IMG/VR virus record: IMGVR_UViG_3300029319_007985
Location: 96,001-160,000 of that record
DNA length: 64,000 nt
Source of the DNA: a virus
Direction: 5' to 3' (one strand)
This document shows positions 56,889 to 64,000 of this stretch, piece after piece; position 1 is the first letter of the stretch, and each line of letters opens with the position of its first letter. The notes below the pieces were generated by a model. It worked only from the letters and a program-made list of their open reading frames with translations, was not told the DNA's origin and ran no database searches. The translations under genes and the position numbers were made by a program.

Positions 56889-58173
56889 ATTTTTTTCTAC
56901 AAAAGTCCCAGGAATATGTTTGTTGTAACTGATCATAATTAAAATTTATCTGTTTTAAAAACTGCTCTGCATCTTTGGCGCCTTTTGCCAGCCATTGGTT
57001 TCTAGTGCTCTTCCATTTGTTAATCCTGTGTGATGTTTCCACTGTTGGAGTCTTACTATTCCAATAAATTAGTTTTGACACCTCTCTGAAGGCATTTTTC
57101 CATCCAGTGTATGCATCCGGGCAAAGTAATGGCTCGTTTGTAATCATGGGAACAACCTCATGCTTACTGTTCAAAGTAAAATCTAGGACGTCATTTGGAG
57201 TGCTTATACACAATGTTCTATTGTAGAGGTTGATGTTAAATGTACCATACTCTAGATCAAGTTCTTTCAATCTAGCATGGAAAATATAATGCCTTTTATT
57301 TTTTCCTCTATCCACTGTAAAATTAAATTTAAAACTATCAACTGGCACTGATTTGGCAAACACGGCGTAAAAATATTCAGTTTGTGATTCTTCAGCGGCT
57401 TTTTTGTATGCCTGACTTCTTCCAGCAACATTTTTTATCCAATAGAGTCTGTTGCCTAGTTTGTTCTTAGTAAGATGCTGTTGTAATTTTTCGTAAACAT
57501 CGTTCTCAAATGGCTCGCCATTTGAAATGTACGCTATATCAAATTGGTCAATCTCCTTATTTTTTTCAACTTCTAAAATATTATTATAGTCATACACTTG
57601 ATCTTTTAAGTGCCTGAGTGCCACGTAAGGAATAAAAAAAGTTTTACCTTTTATATAAATTTTTTCATCCTCCCAATAACTTATGTAAAAGTTTTCTTTT
57701 TCTAATTTTTCACTATATTGAAAATATTTTCCGCTAGGTTTGACCTCGTGATTTAGATCAAAGTTGTTTGAAAGATTGTAATTTTTAAGGTCATATGGGT
57801 AATCATAATAGCATTCTGATGTATGATAGTTCACGTGTTTAAAGTCTCTCAAAAATTTTGTGTCCTGAAGTAATAAATTTTTGTGGGCCAAGAAAGTATC
57901 TCCTTCCTTTTGTCCTTTGACCGCCCATGTGTGTAATTGATATTTCTGATGCTGTTCCGGAATATAATCAAAATCAAAATTGCTGTAGTCAATTAGACTC
58001 GATAAGATCCATGTGTATTCAGTTTTACTTGCGCCTACAAAATGCTTTACCATTTGATTGTAACTTTTTACAAATGGAGTGATTTCAACATATGGAAATA
58101 TTTGTTTTATAGTTTCTATATGTTTTTTACTATTTGGATTTTTAAAATCTATGCAAATACAATCAAACGCCAT
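56854..58173 (-). CDS. Degenerate GT-A-like repeat protein
   Basis: Two related segments (SKTEYTWI.., SQTEYFYAV..); WKNAFRE motif. Confidence 0.45.
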   Translation of the reverse strand: MAFDCICIDFKNPNSKKHIETIKQIFPYVEITPFVKSYNQMVKHFVGASKTEYTWILSSLIDYSNFDFDYIPEQHQKYQLHTWAVKGQKEGDTFLAHKNLLLQDTKFLRDFKHVNYHTSECYYDYPYDLKNYNLSNNFDLNHEVKPSGKYFQYSEKLEKENFYISYWEDEKIYIKGKTFFIPYVALRHLKDQVYDYNNILEVEKNKEIDQFDIAYISNGEPFENDVYEKLQQHLTKNKLGNRLYWIKNVAGRSQAYKKAAEESQTEYFYAVFAKSVPVDSFKFNFTVDRGKNKRHYIFHARLKELDLEYGTFNINLYNRTLCISTPNDVLDFTLNSKHEVVPMITNEPLLCPDAYTGWKNAFREVSKLIYWNSKTPTVETSHRINKWKSTRNQWLAKGAKDAEQFLKQINFNYDQLQQTYSWDFCRKKFKSLYPEETFY

Positions 58174-59212
58174 AAAAATAATTTATCCTATCACAAATGT
58201 AGTCGACTTCTCTATCTTCTAAGAAAGGGTAAATTGGAAGGCTGACACATTGAGCCTGTATTAATTCTGCCATTGGATAGTGATTAGTCATGTTGCTGTC
58301 TAACAAATATGCGTAATGTGTTCCTGTTTCAATTCCAGCGTTTGATAGAAAAGTTCTTAACTTATCTCGCTGATTTGATAACAACACACATTTATGGAAA
58401 CTACTGAAAACACTACGTTCAACTTTGTGTAAAAATTGCAGTTTTGATAATCGTTTCTGATAACGTTTATATATTTTTTCACGCATTTTTTGGAACTTGT
58501 CAAACTTGTCTAATAAAAATAACATTTGGTTTGCATGGTCGTCACTTATAAAACTGTTATATCCATAGTCGAGATTGTCTCCTCCGTGTTTTCTAAGAGC
58601 AAGTACGTTTTCATAGATTTTAATACTGTCAGTCAGAACCATTCCGCCTGTGCCGAAGCAAGGCAAATTTTTTGATGGAGCAAAACTATAAACACTGACG
58701 TTACCCAATTTTCCACTGGGCACTCCATGATACCAGGCTCCTTGTGACTGCGCGGCATCTTCAATTAAAGGAATGTTTCTATCATCACAAAACTTTCTTA
58801 TACGATAGTAGTCAGCAGGATTGCCATATAGATGAACATAGATGACTGCATCGGCCTTAGTTATATTTTCCAATGATCCAATACTTCCAAATTTGTCAAC
58901 ATCTACATAAACTATATCTGCGCCTAATCTTTTGATTGCGCCTGATGTTGCCTTATAACTTAAAACTGGACACACCACTGTGCTTTTGCTATCAAGTCCT
59001 ATCGAACGCATAGCAAAATATAAGCCATCAGTAGCACTTGCGACGCCAACACCAAATTTCCTACTGGCCCTACGTGCTACTTCAACTTCAAATTTTTTTG
59101 AGTACTGTCCTTCGAGGACTTTACCTGTGGTCCAGGCCTGTCTTGCTCTGTATGTCAGTCTCCAATTGTAGGCGTCATATAGCCTATCGATACCGTTGAA
59201 TTTTATTTGCAT
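58163..59212 (-). CDS. DegT/DnrJ/EryC1/StrS sugar aminotransferase
   Basis: VHLYGNPAD, IEDAAQS, SFAPSKNL and VSLPIYP motifs. Confidence 0.9.
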   Translation of the reverse strand: MQIKFNGIDRLYDAYNWRLTYRARQAWTTGKVLEGQYSKKFEVEVARRASRKFGVGVASATDGLYFAMRSIGLDSKSTVVCPVLSYKATSGAIKRLGADIVYVDVDKFGSIGSLENITKADAVIYVHLYGNPADYYRIRKFCDDRNIPLIEDAAQSQGAWYHGVPSGKLGNVSVYSFAPSKNLPCFGTGGMVLTDSIKIYENVLALRKHGGDNLDYGYNSFISDDHANQMLFLLDKFDKFQKMREKIYKRYQKRLSKLQFLHKVERSVFSSFHKCVLLSNQRDKLRTFLSNAGIETGTHYAYLLDSNMTNHYPMAELIQAQCVSLPIYPFLEDREVDYICDRINYFYGV

Positions 59213-60702
59213 TAGAAAACTTTGACTCCATATTTTTGTTCAAATGCTTTACCATCTGCCTTGTCATTCACAATCGGTTGCCCTTTGATATTGAGGCTGG
59301 TGTTCAATAATATAGGACACCCTGTCTTCTTTTTCCAAGTTTTCAACAACTGATAAAAGCCAGGATTATCGGTCTTACGCACCGTTTGAACCCTTGATGT
59401 GCCGTCATGGTGTATTATAGCAGGAAAGTCTTTACCACGCACACACGCCGCTGTAAATTGCATGTAAGGGGTGTTTTTGACGTGTTTAGGTAGCCTAAAA
59501 TAGTCGTTTACATCCTCTTCTAAGATGGCAGGAGCAAATGGTCTAAACTTTTGTCTTCGCTTGATTTGATTTACCAAGTCCTTTACTTTTGGCCCTCTTG
59601 GGTCAGCAAGGAACGATCTATTACCAAGTGCCCGCGGTCCAAACTCTGCCCTACCGTTTGCAACTCCACACATCATATTTTGTTCTAATTCTTTGATGAT
59701 ACTATCTATAGGATACTCACCTTCTATGTTATGTCCGAGAAAAGGATGTTGCCAATTAAGGAACTGTTTCTCACTGGCGGCCACACAGCCAATACTTGAT
59801 CCGGCGTCTCCCGGGTTTGGCATAATCCATATGTTATCAAAAAGTCCTAGTCCTGCAAGTTTAGAATTGGCGGCACAGTTCAATGCTACACCTCCTCCAA
59901 ATACTAAATTGCGTTCTGCAAACATCAAACTTTTAGCAGGCAGATACGATGCCGCTCTGCTCCATAAATTTGCCAAAAGTTCTTCTGTTAAGGCTTGTAT
60001 TGATGCCGCGATGTCCATAGGATCAGCATCAGGCATCCAGTTGCCTATGCCTCTGTGTAAATTGTGCGTTAACTCAAATGGCATATTGCTTTTTATAAAC
60101 TCTCTTTGTATTTTGTCTTTGTATATAGGTTTGCCATAGGCGGCCATACCCATTAGGATATATTCTTCCTCAGCAGGTTTTAGTCCTACCCTCTGTGTGA
60201 AAGCACTGTACAACACTCCTATTGAGTGAGGATATTTTATTCTTTCCTTAAGTTCCATCTTTCCTTGTGAGCCTAACCAAATACTGATGGTATCCCATTC
60301 ACCAATCGCGTCAACTGTAAGGATCACACAGTCGTTGAAAGGACTAGTATAGTACCCTGTGGCGGCGTGTGATTCGTGATGTAGTACATATTGATCTATC
60401 CTATTGATTCCAAATTGCCTTAGATGTTGTAGAGGCATTTCTTTTGTATCAAAAGCAAGTCCATGCTGTCCTGCCCAAAACTGTCTAGTTTTTTTAAGTA
60501 ATGGCTTTTCATAATAAACTATTTTGTCAAAAGGTCCATAAGTCATTGCTTCATCAACTATTGCCTGATTCAAGAAATGATCATTTTTTATTTTACTATA
60601 TCGTTCGGCGTGGGCGGCCCAAAGTATATCACCACCACCTTGTATATCAATAACTGCCATGGCGGCATCATGATTCATACAATTTATTCCTAATATTCTC
60701 AT
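59212..60702 (-). CDS. NodU/CmcH-family carbamoyltransferase
   Basis: HDAA, HHESHAA, MGMAAYG, GGVALNC, EFGPRALGNRS, FRPFAP and NTSLN motifs. Confidence 0.93.
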   Translation of the reverse strand: MRILGINCMNHDAAMAVIDIQGGGDILWAAHAERYSKIKNDHFLNQAIVDEAMTYGPFDKIVYYEKPLLKKTRQFWAGQHGLAFDTKEMPLQHLRQFGINRIDQYVLHHESHAATGYYTSPFNDCVILTVDAIGEWDTISIWLGSQGKMELKERIKYPHSIGVLYSAFTQRVGLKPAEEEYILMGMAAYGKPIYKDKIQREFIKSNMPFELTHNLHRGIGNWMPDADPMDIAASIQALTEELLANLWSRAASYLPAKSLMFAERNLVFGGGVALNCAANSKLAGLGLFDNIWIMPNPGDAGSSIGCVAASEKQFLNWQHPFLGHNIEGEYPIDSIIKELEQNMMCGVANGRAEFGPRALGNRSFLADPRGPKVKDLVNQIKRRQKFRPFAPAILEEDVNDYFRLPKHVKNTPYMQFTAACVRGKDFPAIIHHDGTSRVQTVRKTDNPGFYQLLKTWKKKTGCPILLNTSLNIKGQPIVNDKADGKAFEQKYGVKVF

Positions 60703-61097
60703 AATGTCTCTATGTATTTTTTAAGTTCTTTGTCCTGAACATCTGAAGGTATTATATTTTTGTAAAATATTTTATAACTGTCACTTCCATATTTTCCTAT
60801 GCCATGTAGGTCACTTGCTTCTTTACCGTTCCAGGTTAAAAATTGTTTGCTCATTTTCCTTAACCTTTTTGTTCTTACGTGCCACATGCCCAAAGGCTTT
60901 AGTAAATTTTCCTGTGTTTTTTTCCTACCGCGGAGAAACGCTTTGGCATTTGGGTACTTTTTGAATAACTTTGGCAATATTTCTTTTACTTGTTTTCTAT
61001 AGGTCAAATTCAAACATATGACGCCAACCATGTGTTGCCATTTATTTTTTACTTGCTGTTGCACCATTAGATCTTCTCTCATTTTTTTATTACCCAT
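60699..61097 (-). CDS. MBD4-like HhH DNA glycosylase (catalytic domain only)
   Basis: ICLNLT, KYP, LLKPLG, LHGIGKYGSDSYKIF and QDKEL motifs. Confidence 0.75.
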   Translation of the reverse strand: MGNKKMREDLMVQQQVKNKWQHMVGVICLNLTYRKQVKEILPKLFKKYPNAKAFLRGRKKTQENLLKPLGMWHVRTKRLRKMSKQFLTWNGKEASDLHGIGKYGSDSYKIFYKNIIPSDVQDKELKKYIETL

Positions 61098-61255
61098 GCT
61101 CTATGATAAAAATTATCAACTTCCTTTTGTATTAATCCTTTTGCAAGTTTATTCGCTGATACTTCATCCATAGGCCCATATTCTTTTTTTGTTTTACTAT
61201 CCATAGTATCCATGTCATTTGGATCCTTGTGTATGCCCTCGATCACATAATACAT
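61079..61255 (-). CDS. 58-aa DUF4170-like protein (not in ORF track)
   Basis: MYYVIEG...EYGPM...VDNFYHRAWV. Confidence 0.45.
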   Translation of the reverse strand: MYYVIEGIHKDPNDMDTMDSKTKKEYGPMDEVSANKLAKGLIQKEVDNFYHRAWVIKK

Positions 61256-61359
61256 TATTTGTAAATAAACGGGTCTTTTTTCTTAAGTTCTTTAATTCTT
61301 TTTCTGTGTGCAATTTCTTGCTTAATTTTAGAAATTAAAGATTTAATCCATTTTATCAT
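61255..61359 (-). CDS. 34-aa protein ending KDPFIYK (not in ORF track)
   Basis: MIKWIKSLISKIKQEIAHRKRIKELKKKDPFIYK; AGGAG SD upstream. Confidence 0.65.
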   Translation of the reverse strand: MIKWIKSLISKIKQEIAHRKRIKELKKKDPFIYK

Positions 61360-62161
61360 AGTTTCTCCTGTTTTCATTTATTATCGAATTAAATTTGTCT
61401 TTCATTAATTTTACAGCATCTTTATGGGCAGAATCAAGTGGATGTGTGGTACCTCTTTCATATTCCTCCAACATTGCCCATTGGTTAAACCCCATCATCC
61501 TTTCGCCAAAACTAAACCATTTGGTAATATCTATTTCTTTATAAAGTGATTGCATCAATGCGTCACGATGACTATGAGGCGTGTAATGGTTATAAAATAA
61601 ACTATTGTCTGCTAGTGTAAACATAAAAGGAATATGATATTTTTCCAAAAAGTTTTGTAACCAAATAATTGACTTCCAACTGAGATAAATCTCATGGTAT
61701 TCATTAGCGGCGTATTTGTATAGACTGTTAGCAAACTCCTTGACTCCTGTTGTTGCAAGTTCTTCGCGTCTTTTCCTCCATATTTCTTGTTGCGGTTCTG
61801 ATCCACCTAACTCTCTAAAAACTTCACCCTGTTTATCATCAGTGTCCCATGGGGTTATTGACGCCCAACGGGTGTCTTCTAATAAAGAGGATCTCGGCAT
61901 CGCCCAATCATACCTTGATGGGAACGTCCACATCACTAGTACTGCATCGCAAATATTTTTACTAACATATGAAAATACCTTCCTTGCTATTGCAGAATTT
62001 CCAATGCCACCCTGTGCCACAGAAAAATAATTTGCTCCATGTAGATCTGAAAGTCCTTTTGCCCATGTCTTATTTGAAGGAGGGGCATGTGGCGTGTTAC
62101 AGTCACTTAATTCGTGTCCATACGTAAAACTACACCCACCTGATAAAATAATTTTATTCAT
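61343..62161 (-). CDS. SGNH hydrolase-like protein
   Basis: GGCSFTYG, GIGN and THPLDSAH motifs. Confidence 0.65.
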   Translation of the reverse strand: MNKIILSGGCSFTYGHELSDCNTPHAPPSNKTWAKGLSDLHGANYFSVAQGGIGNSAIARKVFSYVSKNICDAVLVMWTFPSRYDWAMPRSSLLEDTRWASITPWDTDDKQGEVFRELGGSEPQQEIWRKRREELATTGVKEFANSLYKYAANEYHEIYLSWKSIIWLQNFLEKYHIPFMFTLADNSLFYNHYTPHSHRDALMQSLYKEIDITKWFSFGERMMGFNQWAMLEEYERGTTHPLDSAHKDAVKLMKDKFNSIINENRRNYDKMD

Positions 62162-63320
62162 AAATTTGTAAAACTTTATTTAAAAGAGGAAATACATCTC
62201 CAAAATTTTCATGTCTGTAAGCATCTGTTGTTAAAATCCTGTCGAGACGTTGTTTACGAATTTCTGGAGTATCTCTGTCCACAGCATTCATAAAACTCAA
62301 TGTGGGTTTAAAATCTGTCAACATTCCGTATCTGGTGTTTACTATATCTTTTACATTTTTAGGAAGTGTTTGTATGTTGAAATAATCCGGATCGAACAGT
62401 GTGTTGACATAAAAAAACTTAGGTTGATATTGTGCCACCCAAAATGCTATTTTGGCAAGACTAAAAATATTGAATATGCTAACTGTGGTACAAATTTGGA
62501 ACTCCATATTTGGTGTTGATCTTTGTTTCCATTTGACTAGATTGGCTCCAACCTCTCTCCAATTGGCTGGGTGTCTTTGATATTCAAACTGTGGACCAAT
62601 GTCGTCTATACTAAATGCTACTTCTACTCTTTTAAAATAGTTCCAAAGATCAAATATCTCTGGAGGTGGTAGTTGTGTGCCATTCGTGTTGTAATGAACA
62701 TCTATATTTTTTGCAAATCCTTTTTCAACACAATACATTAATATTTTAAAGTGGTCTTTTATCATAAATGGCTCACCGCCTGAAAATTCGAAATATTCAA
62801 CATGTCTTAGATCTTCTTTCAAGTCCTCAAAAAATTGTGGATTACGTTTAGGCCATCCGCCCTCTTTTAAATTTTTTCTTGCTACAGGATTATCTCCATA
62901 GTCCAATTCTTCTTGTGCCCATTTACTTGAACTCCAAGATCCACATATTCTACATTTTAAGTTACAAACGTTACCCAATTTGAAATCAATAAATTTTAGA
63001 TTGGGTTTGCTGTCAGTGTTCCAATTAGATAAACTTTTTTTCATTTTATAGATGCTGTTCATTCTTTTAGATGTTTTTCCGGCTTCCTCTTCCTGCCAAC
63101 AACTTTGACATCCTTTAGGCCGCTTTCCATCTTTAAATTGTTGCCTCAATTGGTTCATGTATTCTGTGTTCTGTATGTCATGTAAACTATTTTCGTAAAC
63201 TTTTACATTTGGCACACTGCCTTTATATAAACAACAAGGCGATGCACCGCCATTTACATCAACCTCTAGATGCGTCCAAGGTAAAGGACATACATTTGTT
63301 TTTAGATACTTTTCCACCAT
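62154..63320 (-). CDS. Radical SAM protein with SPASM/twitch-like cluster
   Basis: CPLPW...PCC...CQSC, CNLKCRIC and SGGEP motifs. Confidence 0.88.
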   Translation of the reverse strand: MVEKYLKTNVCPLPWTHLEVDVNGGASPCCLYKGSVPNVKVYENSLHDIQNTEYMNQLRQQFKDGKRPKGCQSCWQEEEAGKTSKRMNSIYKMKKSLSNWNTDSKPNLKFIDFKLGNVCNLKCRICGSWSSSKWAQEELDYGDNPVARKNLKEGGWPKRNPQFFEDLKEDLRHVEYFEFSGGEPFMIKDHFKILMYCVEKGFAKNIDVHYNTNGTQLPPPEIFDLWNYFKRVEVAFSIDDIGPQFEYQRHPANWREVGANLVKWKQRSTPNMEFQICTTVSIFNIFSLAKIAFWVAQYQPKFFYVNTLFDPDYFNIQTLPKNVKDIVNTRYGMLTDFKPTLSFMNAVDRDTPEIRKQRLDRILTTDAYRHENFGDVFPLLNKVLQIYE

Positions 63321-64000
63321 TCTAATATCCTTTTGTCTTTTTGAAACACATCTTCTATGTTTGTGTTTCTTATCTCGTCTAATTTTTTAACTCTTTCTTT
63401 TCCACGTTTCAATCCTTGTTTATATTCATTTGGAAACATTTCTTCGTAAGTTGGTTTCTCTTTCAAATCTTTTAAAGCGGCATAAAAATAAACATGCTTT
63501 GATAATCGATGTTTATTTTGCTTTATAAAATCATCTACAGTATTATCTAGTATTTTCCTAGGCAGGCACATTGGCGACCATACGTTTTCCGAACTGAATC
63601 CAAAAACTCTTTTTGCTAAAAGTTCAACATCGAGACTTTCCGCGACATCAAGCATGTCTGATAGTCCAACAAGGCCTGGCAGTGTGATGGTCAAATCCAT
63701 ACGTAATTGTTTTCTATTCTTTACAAATTTTCTTCCGTGCTCCATATTTTTATACCATTGATCAAATTTTAGTCCTGTTCTTACATACTCGCCAACATCA
63801 TAAGCACCATCTATACTTGCTAAGATGTTCCAGTGTGGATATTTTGACAAAATATCATCGAACAAATTCATGCCAAAGTAATTGATCCTACTCATATTTG
63901 AATTATATCTAATAGACACTTTGTCCTGATATCCCAACTCAATAATCCTTTTCATTGATTCCCAATGTATTTTCCACATTAAAGGCTCTCCGCCACACCA
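63302..64000 (-). CDS. Radical SAM protein, 5'-truncated by window
   Basis: Open to the window edge (WCGGEPLM); RYNSN and SIDG motifs; paralogous to its neighbour. Confidence 0.8.
   Translation of the reverse strand, partial: WCGGEPLMWKIHWESMKRIIELGYQDKVSIRYNSNMSRINYFGMNLFDDILSKYPHWNILASIDGAYDVGEYVRTGLKFDQWYKNMEHGRKFVKNRKQLRMDLTITLPGLVGLSDMLDVAESLDVELLAKRVFGFSSENVWSPMCLPRKILDNTVDDFIKQNKHRLSKHVYFYAALKDLKEKPTYEEMFPNEYKQGLKRGKERVKKLDEIRNTNIEDVFQKDKRILEWWKSI

Noticed and set aside
1-64000. Cellular chromosome origin, suggested by clpA, dnaJ, def, guaC, folE, galE and the permease
   Set aside because: These genes are interleaved with gp43-, gp44-, gp45- and RNase H-like genes, spanins and T4-type late promoters; no ribosomal or other core cellular operons are present.
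1-64000. Stop-codon reassignment as seen in some large phages
   Set aside because: Conserved genes are full length in code 11, and TAA, TAG and TGA all end genes at sensible positions.
1-64000. Many short antisense or nested ORFs in the track (e.g. 21704-22369, 25692-26189, 30349-30885, 38809-39237, 59693-60139)
   Set aside because: They lie opposite well-supported genes, show no motifs and look like codon-bias shadows.
1-64000. CRISPR arrays, tRNAs, rRNA, transposases
   Set aside because: No repeat-spacer pattern, cloverleaf or transposase motif was recognised, and intergenic gaps are very short. A tRNAscan/Infernal run would be needed to exclude small RNAs.

Overview
This window looks like part of a large AT-rich, T4-related (jumbo-type) dsDNA bacteriophage, most likely aquatic. 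An alphaproteobacterial host is a guess from DUF4170-like and guaC-like genes. From left to right it holds: (1) the end of a clamp-loader gene; (2) a lysis region with an M15A peptidase, a spanin pair and a holin-like protein; (3) a dnaJ / alternative oxidase / def / clpA operon; (4) about 11 kb of late genes with T4 internal-protein-like N-termini, built from basic modules and enzymes joined at Glu sites; (5) family B DNA polymerase and sliding clamp, directly followed by a 7-deazaguanine DNA-modification cluster (dpdA, dpdL-like, GT-B glycosyltransferase, galE, folE, later queE) linked to a guanine salvage module (guaC, PRTase, NCS2 permease); (6) RNase H and a MoxR-VWA pair; (7) a sugar-tailoring cluster and an MBD4-like glycosylase. 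The most notable observation is that DpdA ends in nearly the same C-terminal peptide as the DNA polymerase (NNFSSLFE vs NTFNKLFQF) on a Gly/Lys linker and is coupled to the clamp gene. This suggests clamp-tethered guanine exchange. No tRNA, rRNA or CRISPR array was recognised. All calls come from motif recognition by eye; no searches were run.
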